Shown piece after piece: positions 49,798 to 59,722 of a DNA stretch of 64,000 nt. The notes under the pieces are model-generated. The model saw only the letters and a list, made by a program, of their open reading frames with translations. It searched no databases and had not been told where the DNA came from. The DNA is taken from the IMG/VR virus record IMGVR_UViG_3300026549_001205. One strand, given 5' to 3'. The DNA is from an uncultured virus (IMG/VR IMGVR_UViG_3300026549_001205) (taxonomy: Duplodnaviria > Heunggongvirae > Uroviricota > Caudoviricetes). Numbering within the stretch: position 1 is the stretch's first letter; the number at the start of each line of letters is the position of its first letter. Made by a program: the position numbers and the translations under genes.

Positions 49798-49984
49798 GTA
49801 ACTCCTCCTTCGCCTTGCGGCGTTCTTCCCGTTTGTTAAAAGCCCAGCGGCATCGATTCGAGCAAAAGCTCCGCGGTCGCCCGATCCGGTTAGGCTCGAT
49901 TGGTTTTCCACACTCCGGACAGAACCGTTTCGCGCAAGCAGCGATGAATTCGGAAAGGTCCGGAGAATCAAATTCCTGCTGCAT
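49679..49984 (-). CDS. Small Zn-finger protein
   Basis: GGAGGAG RBS; CPECGKPI....GRPR.FCS.RCR. The 3' end overlaps the methylase start. Confidence 0.55.
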   Translation of the reverse strand: MQQEFDSPDLSEFIAACAKRFCPECGKPIEPNRIGRPRSFCSNRCRWAFNKREERRKAKEELHENSRVKGSAGEGFEAGCLQPEEEAEAGRQGISEDQGFH

Positions 49985-50330
49985 GGCTCCTCCTGTCCAC
50001 GAAACGCGCCGGTGTCCACGAAATACCGATTCGATTCCACGTAAAAAGGCAGCGGTGGATTCTGCTCCATCACTGCCTCTTAAGACGCCTTGCTCGGTGT
50101 GCATTTCGCGGACGCGCACCCGCGTTATTGCCTGATTTTCTGCGGTTTCTTAAGGGAAACTGCTCCTTGCCGGCCGCATCCGGCATGTACATTTTGCGGA
50201 CCATCTGCTGGCCCTGCACCCCCGCCCTATGAAATTCGCGAAAATCAACAGAAGAGGGGGCGGCGGTCCCTGGGGCCAAGGCTCGTAGAGATTCTGACCT
50301 CCCCCGCCTCCGCAAGAATTTCCTCTCGAA

Positions 50331-50699
50331 TCAATAATGATACGTCGGTGTCTCGTCTTCATTCCGAGTCTTCTGATCATGGCATCTCTTACACAAGGGT
50401 TGCCAATTCGATCTGTCCCAGAAGAGCTTCGGATCACCTCGGTGCGGAACGATGTGGTCAACGACCGTTGCCCGCGTGTACTGTGGAGGATCCTTCTCAA
50501 GACACCTGACGCACAAAGGATGCGCGCGAAGGAACTGCTTCGACTCCCTTGCCCATCGGCTGTTGTAGCCACGCTTGCTGGAAGGTCTCGCCTCATCTAC
50601 GTGCAGTGGCTTGTGCTTGTCGCAGTACTTCTCACCCGGTTTGACCAGGGCACTGCAGCCTGGGTGTTTGCAGGGTACCAATGCTTTGTACGGCAACAC
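50331..50699 (-). CDS. HNH endonuclease (terminase-associated)
   Basis: HPLC..C, ATVVDHIVPH.G...LFWD..NWQPLC..CH..KT. Confidence 0.92.
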   Translation of the reverse strand: MLPYKALVPCKHPGCSALVKPGEKYCDKHKPLHVDEARPSSKRGYNSRWARESKQFLRAHPLCVRCLEKDPPQYTRATVVDHIVPHRGDPKLFWDRSNWQPLCKRCHDQKTRNEDETPTYHY

Positions 50700-50822
50700 T
50701 CCTCACCTCCAATAACAAAAGCCCTGTGAAGGTTTCCCTCCACAAGGCTTCATCTTACTTTGTTGCTGACTATACCATATCATAAGAGCCATCTGGACAT
50801 TTGCGGACATTTCCGGCGTGTG

Positions 50823-51248
50823 TTAAATCACGGTCGGATTCTCCGGCACCACCACGTGGGCCAGTGCTCTGTCGTGCCATCTGCGGATGGTCCGCTCATC
50901 TGCATAAAGCTCGTCACCAATCCTGGTCCAGGTGTAGTTCTTGATGTAGCGATAGGTCAGGACCAGGCGTTCATCCACACTTGGAACTGCACTGATCACT
51001 TCCTGAATCTCTGCTTTCAAATGAAGCAGCAACTCTAGCTCCTCGTTCACCTTGGTCTCGTACTCCATGATCTTATCCAGGGTCTTCACGAACGGCGCAT
51101 CCGTCGGATGATTCGGATTGTAGTGTTCTTCGAAACCGGGACTGCCGACGTCGCTGGCCAGTGCCCGCAGCGTGTTGATCTCATCCTGGTCTAACTTGAT
51201 TCTCTGTTCCAGACGGTAGGCCTGATTCAAATATGCCTTAGGTGTCAT
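50823..51248 (-). CDS. ArpU/RinA-like (DUF1492) late transcriptional activator
   Basis: K.YLNQAY.L, VL.YRYI....W..I...L......IRRWH.RAL; located before the packaging genes. Confidence 0.8.
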   Translation of the reverse strand: MTPKAYLNQAYRLEQRIKLDQDEINTLRALASDVGSPGFEEHYNPNHPTDAPFVKTLDKIMEYETKVNEELELLLHLKAEIQEVISAVPSVDERLVLTYRYIKNYTWTRIGDELYADERTIRRWHDRALAHVVVPENPTVI

Positions 51249-51484
51249 TCACTTACCTTCTTTCTCAGTTCCCGGATCAGAAAATCCGGATCCACGGAAG
51301 TAAGCACACCAAACCATCCGGAATGAAAGAACCGCTCCAGCTGCAGGGCTTCCTGCATTGCTGCATCATTCGAACGATTCTTTCTCAATCTCTTCAGGGC
51401 TGACATGTAATCTTCTGCCGCCTGAATCACGATGGCATTGGCAAGATTCTCATAAGGATCACCGCCTGCTCTTGGTTTCTGCAT
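51245..51484 (-). CDS. Conserved phage hypothetical protein
   Basis: PYENLANAIV.QA..DY..AL, ERFF.S.WF..LT.VD. Confidence 0.75.
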   Translation of the reverse strand: MQKPRAGGDPYENLANAIVIQAAEDYMSALKRLRKNRSNDAAMQEALQLERFFHSGWFGVLTSVDPDFLIRELRKKVSE

Positions 51485-51547
51485 ATGCGCTCCCTCCGGT
51501 CAATTAAAAGGTTCCTTCGATTGGCATATGTTTGACTCTGATTGGCT

Positions 51548-52942
51548 TTATTTCAGATGTGCCCTTACAGCCTGGATCAGGTTTTCCTGAGTGGTATCCT
51601 TGTGTTCCAGTGCTTTCAGCACATCCTCATCGATCGTATCTTTGGTCACAATGTTATGAATCGTCACAACTTCGGTCTGTCCCTGCCGGTTGAGGCGGGC
51701 ATCCGTCTGCTGCCGCATTTCAAGAGACCAGCAAAGAGAAAACCAGATCAGGATGTGACCTCCATGTTGCAGATTTAGGCCATGTCCTGCCGATGCCGGC
51801 GATATCAGCGCGATCGAGACCTTGCCGGCATTCCAGTCCTCGATATCCTTCGATGTCTTGAGGTCTCTTACCTGGTATCCAAGACCGGTCAGATAATTGA
51901 TGATCCTGGTCCGGTCATGCTGGTACCAGTAAGCTATAAGAACGCTCTGGCCGACTGCTTCTTCAATCAGATCTGCCAGCATCTCGAGTTTCTTCTGATG
52001 GACTTCGACCACCTCATGGTTATCGTTGTAGACAGCGCCATTGGCCATCTCCAAAAGCCTGCCGGACAGGACCGCTGCATTGGCAGCATCAATATTCTCA
52101 CCATGAAGATTTAGAACCAGATCTTTCTTAAGCTGCTCATACTGCTTCTTCTCTTCCGGGTCCATTTCCACCTCGTGATTGACGGTCAGGCATTTTGGCA
52201 TGTCTGGAAGATAATCCTTCGCCTTCATACTGATCGTGATATCGGCGATCTTGTCGTATATGGCATCCTCCGCACCAGGCAGTGGCACGTAGTTGTAGAC
52301 AACACCGGTGTATGGGTTCATGCCGCCTGGCTTGAAGTAGGTCTCGCGGTACTGGCCGATGAATCTTCCAAGACGATGCCGATCCGGAGATTCTATAATT
52401 GACACCTCACTCCAGAGATCCGGACAGAGACCGTTGCTGGCCGGTGTGCCTGTGAGTCCGATCATTCGCTTTATGAATGGCCGTACCTTCTTCAGGTACT
52501 TGTATCGCTGGGACCGATAATTTTTGAAAGAGCTCAGTTCATCAATTACACAGCAATCGAATGGCCATGGCTCATGATGCTTTTCAAAATACTCGACCAG
52601 CCACTTGATGTTCTCCCGGTTAACGACATAAATATCAGCATCCGCAAGAAGCGCCGCCGTTCTTGTCTTGGCATCACCGACAATAACCGACATTCGCAGG
52701 AACTTCGTGTGCTCCCAGTTCTTCTGGCATTCTTCAGGCCACACGTCACGGGCAACACGAAGCGGTGCGATCACCAGGGCTTTATGGACCTCGAAGGAAT
52801 CAAACATGAGATCCAGGATTCCGGTGAGACTCGCTATCGTCTTGCCAAGGCCCATCTGAAGTATCAGGATGGCTTCCGGATGGTCCTCGATGAACCGGAC
52901 GCAGTAGTTCTGGTAATCATGGAGCTGTTCCCGCTTTAACAT
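51548..52942 (-). CDS. SNF2-family helicase
   Basis: MGLGKT, IDELSSFK, GLTGTP, SAGHGLNLQ, RL.RQGQ. Confidence 0.92.
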   Translation of the reverse strand: MLKREQLHDYQNYCVRFIEDHPEAILILQMGLGKTIASLTGILDLMFDSFEVHKALVIAPLRVARDVWPEECQKNWEHTKFLRMSVIVGDAKTRTAALLADADIYVVNRENIKWLVEYFEKHHEPWPFDCCVIDELSSFKNYRSQRYKYLKKVRPFIKRMIGLTGTPASNGLCPDLWSEVSIIESPDRHRLGRFIGQYRETYFKPGGMNPYTGVVYNYVPLPGAEDAIYDKIADITISMKAKDYLPDMPKCLTVNHEVEMDPEEKKQYEQLKKDLVLNLHGENIDAANAAVLSGRLLEMANGAVYNDNHEVVEVHQKKLEMLADLIEEAVGQSVLIAYWYQHDRTRIINYLTGLGYQVRDLKTSKDIEDWNAGKVSIALISPASAGHGLNLQHGGHILIWFSLCWSLEMRQQTDARLNRQGQTEVVTIHNIVTKDTIDEDVLKALEHKDTTQENLIQAVRAHLK

Positions 52943-53271
52943 CGATTCGCCTCTTTCCAGGTAAGGACGCTGATGGAGCCGGCTGTATTAGAGATGGCCT
53001 TCCGGTCAAGCTCCCTCTGTTGGATCAGGCCGGCCAGTTTCTCTGCCTGCTGCCGCAGCTTTTCCATGACTTCTTTGTAGTGGACTCTCATCTTTTCTGT
53101 GTAATCGAAAAGGTCATCGTAGTCACGGTTCTCAGCTTCCTTCTCTTCCATGAACTCCTCAAGCCACCGACAGGACTCATCGCCCATGTAGTGATCCACC
53201 AGATACAGGAAATCCCGAAGGCCCATCACGACCTGAATTTGCTCATCCTTCATCTTTATCACTGCTGCCAT
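52936..53271 (-). CDS. Hypothetical protein
   Basis: 111-aa ORF overlapping both neighbours. Confidence 0.6.
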   Translation of the reverse strand: MAAVIKMKDEQIQVVMGLRDFLYLVDHYMGDESCRWLEEFMEEKEAENRDYDDLFDYTEKMRVHYKEVMEKLRQQAEKLAGLIQQRELDRKAISNTAGSISVLTWKEANRC

Positions 53272-53552
53272 TACTTTCCTCCGATCTTCCCTATGATCTC
53301 CGGGACTTGGTCCATGCCATCCAGGACAAACACCTGGTAGCCAAGTGCCCGCATCTGCGCGTGGCGCTTTAGCTGCAGCGGTCTTGGTTTCTGACCAGGC
53401 GCCTTGACCTCGACAAAACCGATGTGACCTTCCGGCATAAGCACGATCCGATCCGGCATCCCGTCAAAACCAGGTGCTACGAACTTCGGACACATGCCGC
53501 CTGCTGCCTTCACGGATTTCACAAGTTCGTTTTCAATCTGTCTCTCTCGCAT
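53271..53552 (-). CDS. VRR-NUC domain nuclease
   Basis: G.PDR.VL, FVEVKAPG..P..LQ. Confidence 0.9.
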   Translation of the reverse strand: MRERQIENELVKSVKAAGGMCPKFVAPGFDGMPDRIVLMPEGHIGFVEVKAPGQKPRPLQLKRHAQMRALGYQVFVLDGMDQVPEIIGKIGGK

Positions 53553-53600
53553 TTCGCATACTCCTTCCATGCTTCCTTGCATCACTCATTTTTATGGGAG

Positions 53601-53771
53601 GGTGACGGTCGGTGATAGTCACCTACTATTTCTCTCCTAATATTGAAATTTTTCATTTTTTCTAATACTGCGCGATAAAGGGTTTATGACCATCACCGAG
53701 TGTCACCCTTGGAATAAGCCTTGATTCTACAGGCATTTTCCGTTAAGACCAGGTGACAGTCGGTGATAGTC
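53601..53771. repeat. Three 20-bp iterons around an AT-rich tract (putative replication origin)
   Basis: GGTGACGGTCGGTGATAGTC at 53601, inverted copy at 53688-53707, GGTGACAGTCGGTGATAGTC at 53752; directly downstream of the primase. Confidence 0.7.
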
Positions 53772-53782
53772 GGACGTGTAGA

Positions 53783-56032
53783 TTAGTCCATAAAGTCGCC
53801 AATCTTAAGTCTCAACCCTTGCACAATGGCACCATTCTTGGTTTTCTTCTTTGAAAAGCCACGATTCTGAAGCTCCGTATAGAACTCCGTCGTACTACGG
53901 GTGAACTCACCCATACGATCGCAGTACGCACGATACTGGATATACAGTTCGCCAGATTTCTCGGTGAAGGATCCGACCTCGCAGCAATCCTCCAGAAAGG
54001 CACTCATCCAGTCGTTCCCATCCTTATAGTCATTAATGGCATCAACAACAACCTGTGGGCGCTTCAGGTGGAAGCCCTTATCGATCGCCATCTTTGCTCC
54101 TCCGATGACCCAGGACAGAATTGCCGGCCCGGCGTTCTCCACCAGGTAATCTGCGAAGTTCTTCACGTCTCCCTTGCCGGTAAAGCTGGCATTGAAGGGA
54201 ATGACGATCAGTCGCCTCCAAGTACCGGAATCGGATGCACCGACTCTCGGCAGGTGATTCGTGTAAAGGACCACTGTATGGCTCGGTGTGAAATCACCCG
54301 GGTCCTTGAACTTACGCTCACCCTGGATTTTGTCAGTGCTGGTAATCTGCTTCAGAACAGAGGTCGACAGCCGCTGCCCTTCCTCCAGCTCTGCTGCAAT
54401 AGCAAGGCGTTTCCCTTTCAGTTCCGTGATCTCCCATTTCGTGTTCCGGCGCACCCCGACTGTCAATGTGTCAGACGAGATTGATCCCGAATAGGAACCC
54501 AGGACACGTGCGATGCTGTTGAAAAAGGTAGACTTGCCGTTGTGGCCGTCGCCGTATGCAATGACCAGGGCTTCTACATATACATGGCCGATCGCGGCAA
54601 GTCCCATGACTGCCTGTACGTAATCGATCAGCTCCTGATCACCCAGAAAAGTTTTCTGCAAGGTATCCTGCCAGATGTCCACACCATGATCGCCCGGTTC
54701 CACCAGTGTCACCTTGGTCATGTAGTCCTCAGCCCTGTGCTCACGTCTACTGGAAATTCCCTGGCGGAGATCGTAGGTGGCTTCCGGTGTATTCAAGAGA
54801 AACGGCTGGTTATCCAGATCCTCATACTTGATGTAGACCATCGGCTGTGCTGCCTGCATGGCGGAGTTGATGTAGCGCATGTTCCGGCGCTGCATCACGA
54901 ATGCGTGATAGGTAAGCGCAGAGACATATTCCAGAAGAAGCTGCAGCTGATTTCCTTCGAGCTCCCTGGCAGCCTTCTTTGTGTTGGCGAGGGTATCCTC
55001 ATCCACACCAGAATTGAGAAGTGCCTGTTTGGTCTTGAACACCAGAAGCTCTGCGTCTGCAAGCTGCAGATCCAGGAACTCCTCGGTCGCTCCGATTGCT
55101 GCCGATGCGGACACCTCCCAGAACACACCATCATAGTGAAGGAATCCGGTCTGCTCGCTGTATCTCAGCTCATCGCCGTACTCCTCTGACAGAACCTTGG
55201 CCTGACCGATATCACTGTAGTCAGAAGGCTTCAGTGATCCTGCTGGTCCCTTCGGAAGAGCCTGGTTGAACTGGTCCGGTGGAATATACCCCGGCTGACT
55301 AGAGACCTTCTTCTCCCACTTCTTTGCCGAGTGCCAGATCTTAGAAAGCTCGTCGTCTGAGAGCGGCGGATCGCACTTCTCAGCTTCCTCCATGAAGATC
55401 TTGTGTGCTTCTTCATTGTGGCCGTAACGCTTGACCACACGGCCAGCAAACTTCGAGAGGGTTGAGTTTCTCTTCCCTGCGGGAATGGTATAACCGGTGT
55501 CCTGCGACTGCTGCTTCAGGAAGGATACGATCGAGGTCTTCCCGTCATGCCAGATAGCCTTTTCGCTCTCACAGCCGTAAATGAACCTGCCGGCATCAAG
55601 CGCCTGGTTATCAAAGAACGGATACACCTTCTGAATCTCTTCCTTGAGCTTTGCATACTTATCAGGATCTGTGATTGGAGCCGTCTGGAAGTACACATGG
55701 AACTTGGGTCTTGCCGGTTTCCCGTTCTTCTCCTTCATATGGTGGCGGCTGAACGTAACTGCATAGGGCACGTTCTCGAACTCATCCGCCAGTGCCTCCG
55801 GAGTGACCCAGGTTGCCGGATCCTCACTCTGATCGTTATCGCAATCCATCACGACGCACTGTGATGTCAGGAAGTTGTCGTTGTTACGGTAGTTGCCTTT
55901 ATACTCGGCACAGACATGATCTTTGCGGATCACCTCCAGAAGGCTATCAGCATCGGTCACTTCATGCTTATCTGGATAGAGGCAGTTTTTCTCATTACCA
56001 GTACACCTGGCTGCATAAAGAATCAGCTTCAT
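53783..56032 (-). CDS. P4-family primase/SF3 helicase
   Basis: MDCDND, RPKFHVYF, PriCT-like G.RN..L, GDGHNGKST, TNHLP, WRRL..IPF. Confidence 0.92.
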   Translation of the reverse strand: MKLILYAARCTGNEKNCLYPDKHEVTDADSLLEVIRKDHVCAEYKGNYRNNDNFLTSQCVVMDCDNDQSEDPATWVTPEALADEFENVPYAVTFSRHHMKEKNGKPARPKFHVYFQTAPITDPDKYAKLKEEIQKVYPFFDNQALDAGRFIYGCESEKAIWHDGKTSIVSFLKQQSQDTGYTIPAGKRNSTLSKFAGRVVKRYGHNEEAHKIFMEEAEKCDPPLSDDELSKIWHSAKKWEKKVSSQPGYIPPDQFNQALPKGPAGSLKPSDYSDIGQAKVLSEEYGDELRYSEQTGFLHYDGVFWEVSASAAIGATEEFLDLQLADAELLVFKTKQALLNSGVDEDTLANTKKAARELEGNQLQLLLEYVSALTYHAFVMQRRNMRYINSAMQAAQPMVYIKYEDLDNQPFLLNTPEATYDLRQGISSRREHRAEDYMTKVTLVEPGDHGVDIWQDTLQKTFLGDQELIDYVQAVMGLAAIGHVYVEALVIAYGDGHNGKSTFFNSIARVLGSYSGSISSDTLTVGVRRNTKWEITELKGKRLAIAAELEEGQRLSTSVLKQITSTDKIQGERKFKDPGDFTPSHTVVLYTNHLPRVGASDSGTWRRLIVIPFNASFTGKGDVKNFADYLVENAGPAILSWVIGGAKMAIDKGFHLKRPQVVVDAINDYKDGNDWMSAFLEDCCEVGSFTEKSGELYIQYRAYCDRMGEFTRSTTEFYTELQNRGFSKKKTKNGAIVQGLRLKIGDFMD

Positions 56033-56358
56033 TAGCGAATTTCCCTCCTCTGGTCATCCAGAACCTGCGTGATAAACCTCAGTGCTTCAATGATGGTGGT
56101 GAGCTCTGCGTCACCGCCGAGGGCAATCACGACACCATCTTCGTCGCCCGTATAGTCGTGGGTCGGCCTCACTTCGATGTCCGTACCACCCATATCCTGG
56201 ATGCGGATATAGGTTCTGGACCCGTGACCGGTGTCACCACCCTGGTAGCCGTTGGTACCGGCTTCAACCTCGAGGATGTTGCAGTTGTAGATCTCCCTCT
56301 TAAATGTCTCGATGGTCTTGCCGCCGATCTCGCGTTCTCCCGATGTTACTTCGTACAT
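56032..56358 (-). CDS. Hypothetical protein
   Basis: 108 aa overlapping both neighbours; EAGTNG..GGD.GHG.RT. Confidence 0.65.
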   Translation of the reverse strand: MYEVTSGEREIGGKTIETFKREIYNCNILEVEAGTNGYQGGDTGHGSRTYIRIQDMGGTDIEVRPTHDYTGDEDGVVIALGGDAELTTIIEALRFITQVLDDQRREIR

Positions 56359-56762
56359 TTCAGTTCCTCCTTCGTTACAAAGCGGACCGGCATTCCCTTA
56401 TGCTGGGCACGATCGATTTCAACCTGCATACCAGGTGAAATCACATCACCGAATGCCCAGAGCTCCGCGCACTTGGAAAGCAGAGCCAAGTCCATGAACA
56501 TTGCTAAATCCCGTTCGGTTTCTTCCTGCATAAACTGTGGAAGGTACAAATGCGGCGTCAGCGGAATCCCTCCTTCGTCTACAACAAACCTGCTGTATCG
56601 CCTTGCCCGCTCAAGGTTCCCTTCGATATCTCCGGAGAACGGTGAGCAAACATAGATGACTGGCCGAAAGGAAAACTTTTCCGTCTCCCGGATCGCCTGG
56701 TAGGCTGTCATATCCATGTAACCTTCCGCATTCTTCTTATCTAACCTGCTCTTACATCGCAC
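56346..56762 (-). CDS. DUF4406 / nucleoside-deoxyribosyltransferase-like protein
   Basis: NAEGY.D.TAY, IYVCSP..G, P..PHL..PQF, C.ELW.FG..IS.GM..EI; GTG 56762 after GGAGGT. Confidence 0.75.
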   Translation of the reverse strand: MRCKSRLDKKNAEGYMDMTAYQAIRETEKFSFRPVIYVCSPFSGDIEGNLERARRYSRFVVDEGGIPLTPHLYLPQFMQEETERDLAMFMDLALLSKCAELWAFGDVISPGMQVEIDRAQHKGMPVRFVTKEELKCTK

Positions 56763-56808
56763 ATGCTTACCTCCATTTCTGGAAGGATAAAAATTGAGCT
56801 CTTTCTGT

Positions 56809-56850
56809 CCTTCCAAAACACACAGGACAAAAAGAGCCCAACTGAGCAAA
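56809..56850 (-). promoter_or_regulatory. Bipartite phage promoter motif, copy 2 (before the primase operon)
   Basis: Same 21-bp and 10-bp blocks with an 11-bp spacer. Confidence 0.8.
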
Positions 56851-56857
56851 AACGATG

Positions 56858-58840
56858 TTAATCTTTCTGATAAAAATCACAGGCGTAACCATCTGCCCGC
56901 AGGAGCAGCCCCGGAATCCACGGTGGCGTCTTGCCCATCAGTCTGCAGACCTCATCAAGCGAGACCTCCTCCCTGCATTCGATCACAAGCTCGTCATGAA
57001 TGTGGGCGCAGATGAAGTATTCCCTCAGCGTCTGCATCGCATAGCAGAGAATATCCCGGCAGATCGCCTGGGTAATATTTTCCACGAACTTCGGGCCGTA
57101 CGAGCTGATCCGGGACCAGTGTTTCGTAGAATCGAGCCCCATGTAGGTCACGCAATCCTCCCCGAATTGATTCAATCCAATCTGGGGCTTCACGTAGGAA
57201 AGGCACCTACCAGAGGGAAGCGTGATAAAGAGCATTCCACTCTTACAGATGAACTGGAATCCGTGTGTCTTCGTTGTGGTATGGAGCCGGACTGCCTTCT
57301 TAACCGCAGCATCGACAGCCCACCAGAAATCAACAATATGTGGATTGGTACTTCGCCAGGCATCAACCAAAGGCTGCAGCTCAGATTCGTCGAGTCCCAT
57401 TTCGATAGCGCCCATCGCCTTGAGTGCCCCGACCGCGCCTCCGTAGCCGAGCGCCAGTTCTGCGATTTTGCCACGCTGCCTCAGGTGCCCGTTCTCACCG
57501 TGTTTCACGACCCTGCAGTGAAACATCTGCGAAGCGCTCTCACAATAAATGTCTTTGTTGGCGGCAAAGGAATCGATCCGCCACTGCTCCTTAGCAAGAT
57601 ATGACAGGCACCTTGCTTCGACAGCAGAATAATCAGCCACGTAGAATTTGTATCCAGGCTTCGGAACGAGCGCGGTCCGGATCAGCTCTGAGAGCGCCTC
57701 CGGAACTGAATCATACAGAAGCTCCATTGCCGCATAGTTTCCAGTGCGGACCAGCTCACGGGCTTCATTCAGATCCGGCATAGCATTGCGTTTGAGGTTC
57801 TGTAACTGAACCAGGCGGCCTGCAAATCTGCCCGTCCTGGGGGCACCCATGAACTGGAACATGCCTCTGATTCGGTTGTCGTTGCAGACTGCCCGCTCCA
57901 TCGTCTGATATTTTTTGATCGAAGATTTGGCTGTCTGCTGACGAAGCTCCAAGACATGCTTAAGGTCTGGCGGTGCCGTCTTCATGAGCTCCGCCACATC
58001 CTTTTTCCCAAGCGTATCGGTCTCAAGGCCATGATCAGCAAGGTAATTCTTGAGCTGCTGAACCGAGTTCGGATTCTCCAGACCAGTGATCCTTTTCAGC
58101 TCGGCAATCATGCTCTCGTGGGTCATGGCATCAATATCGATCGCATTTTTCACAAGCTGCATGTCCACCATCGTGCCTCTGTCGTTAATCATCTGATCAA
58201 TGGTGTATTCCTTCCAGACAGAATCTGGAACTGGATATTTCTTCAGACGCTCCTGAATGGCAACCTCGACCTCAACATCGCGGATGTTGTAAGACTTGAA
58301 AACGGCCCACTTATCTGGTGCATCTGTCGGATAGTTCCTGGTCCTGCCACCGTTCGACTTTGTCGGTGCACAGGGTTGGCAGAAAAAGCGGATCAGGTCT
58401 TTGCCCTCGTGCATCTTCTGATCCTTCAGTCCGAGCACTGCACCGACCTGTGCCAGCGACAGTGGCAGCCCACGATAAGCGGACCAGACCATTGAACAGC
58501 GCCAGGAAGAAGGGTCCAGGTAGTGACCGACCGAATCCTCAGGTGAGCCGTAGCTCCGGAACCGATCCGGATAGTTCTTCCTAAGATAGGTCGAGATACA
58601 GACCCGCTCAAACATGCAGTTGAACGCCCACTTGATAATGCCAGGGTCCGTCAGTGCATCCAGGATCTCCTCTGGCAGCTTCTCACCCGATACCAGGTCC
58701 ACCGTTGTCACCGGTCCGTGGTCGATCGAGTACCCGAAGAGCAGAATCTCGAAATCCTCTGCCTCGCTGTACTTATAAACACCAACCTTGGAAAGGTCAG
58801 CAGACGAATACGTCTCGATATCAATTGAGAGATTTTTCAT
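56858..58840 (-). CDS. Phage family-A DNA polymerase
   Basis: SIDIETYS exonuclease motif, RTGRFAGR..QLQNL, ADYSAVEAR, KIAELALGYGG, HIHDE. Confidence 0.95.
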   Translation of the reverse strand: MKNLSIDIETYSSADLSKVGVYKYSEAEDFEILLFGYSIDHGPVTTVDLVSGEKLPEEILDALTDPGIIKWAFNCMFERVCISTYLRKNYPDRFRSYGSPEDSVGHYLDPSSWRCSMVWSAYRGLPLSLAQVGAVLGLKDQKMHEGKDLIRFFCQPCAPTKSNGGRTRNYPTDAPDKWAVFKSYNIRDVEVEVAIQERLKKYPVPDSVWKEYTIDQMINDRGTMVDMQLVKNAIDIDAMTHESMIAELKRITGLENPNSVQQLKNYLADHGLETDTLGKKDVAELMKTAPPDLKHVLELRQQTAKSSIKKYQTMERAVCNDNRIRGMFQFMGAPRTGRFAGRLVQLQNLKRNAMPDLNEARELVRTGNYAAMELLYDSVPEALSELIRTALVPKPGYKFYVADYSAVEARCLSYLAKEQWRIDSFAANKDIYCESASQMFHCRVVKHGENGHLRQRGKIAELALGYGGAVGALKAMGAIEMGLDESELQPLVDAWRSTNPHIVDFWWAVDAAVKKAVRLHTTTKTHGFQFICKSGMLFITLPSGRCLSYVKPQIGLNQFGEDCVTYMGLDSTKHWSRISSYGPKFVENITQAICRDILCYAMQTLREYFICAHIHDELVIECREEVSLDEVCRLMGKTPPWIPGLLLRADGYACDFYQKD

Positions 58841-58894
58841 TTGCTTCCTCCAGTCAAAAATGCCAGGCGGGATCGCTCCCGCCCGGCTTACCGC

Positions 58895-59053
58895 TTACTC
58901 CTGATTCTCTGACTCAGGATGCTTCTTTTTCTTTACCAGGTTTCTGATACCCTTGACGATGGACTTGATCAGTTCCACAAAGCCCATGATGCAGAAACCT
59001 ACCATGATTCCGAATCCGCCTGAGATCAGGCAGTGTTCCATAAATTCGTACAT
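58895..59053 (-). CDS. Small membrane protein (52 aa, not in the ORF track)
   Basis: GAGGTG RBS; MYEFMEHCLISGGFGIMVGFCIMGFVELIK...KKKKHPESENQE. Confidence 0.6.
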   Translation of the reverse strand: MYEFMEHCLISGGFGIMVGFCIMGFVELIKSIVKGIRNLVKKKKHPESENQE

Positions 59054-59128
59054 AATTTGTCACCTCATTTTTCTGTGATAGACAGGCGGCAGGACCAGCC
59101 TGCCGCCCTTAGGCATTACCGAATTACA

Positions 59129-59704
59129 TCAGTCAAGGAAACCCTCGTCATCGTTGTCATCCAGATCAGCGAAATCATCCTCCGCACGAGCTCTGCTGCC
59201 GAGCGGCTCACCATCACGAATCTTCTGAAGATTGTTCAGTCCGCAGGCAATGCCCTTGTTGCCGGAGCTGTTGAATGCGTAAAACGAGATCGAAGCACGG
59301 CCGTAAACACCACTGTAAACCTCGCTGTGATCGATGATCTCCTGACGATCAGCATCCACGATGCCAGGCGCCGTAGTGGAGTTCGCGTTGATGAAGTAGG
59401 AATCCTTGTAAGCCTCGTCATCCGGTCTCTCGGCATCGCCATCTCTGAGCGGTGTCTTGATCGCGGACAGTGCCGGAACGGATCTTCCGTTGCCCTTCAG
59501 CTTGGCTTCCCCTTCGTGGTACGCAGCCTCAATGGCGGCCTTGATCTTCGCAACGGTTACAGTATCCTTTTTCGGGATGATCAGGCTGACGCTGTACTTC
59601 GGTGCACCGCCGTTGATGCTCTTCGGCTCCCACGCGTTGCAGTAGGACCAGCGGGTATCCTTGCCAGTAATCACTTTTGTCGGGTTCATCATTGTCTTAG
59701 ACAT
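59129..59704 (-). CDS. DUF2815 ssDNA-binding protein (gp2.5-like)
   Basis: PKYS.SLIIPK, PLRDGD, EVYSG.YGR, GI.CGLNN.QK..DGE.L, acidic tail. Confidence 0.9.
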   Translation of the reverse strand: MSKTMMNPTKVITGKDTRWSYCNAWEPKSINGGAPKYSVSLIIPKKDTVTVAKIKAAIEAAYHEGEAKLKGNGRSVPALSAIKTPLRDGDAERPDDEAYKDSYFINANSTTAPGIVDADRQEIIDHSEVYSGVYGRASISFYAFNSSGNKGIACGLNNLQKIRDGEPLGSRARAEDDFADLDDNDDEGFLD

Positions 59705-59722
59705 ATTCTTTTCCTCCGTATG

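Noticed and set aside
49798..50073. N-terminal extension of the ParB-methylase
   Set aside because: Domain similarity and the RBS begin at ATG 49797, and the extension overlaps a Zn-finger ORF.
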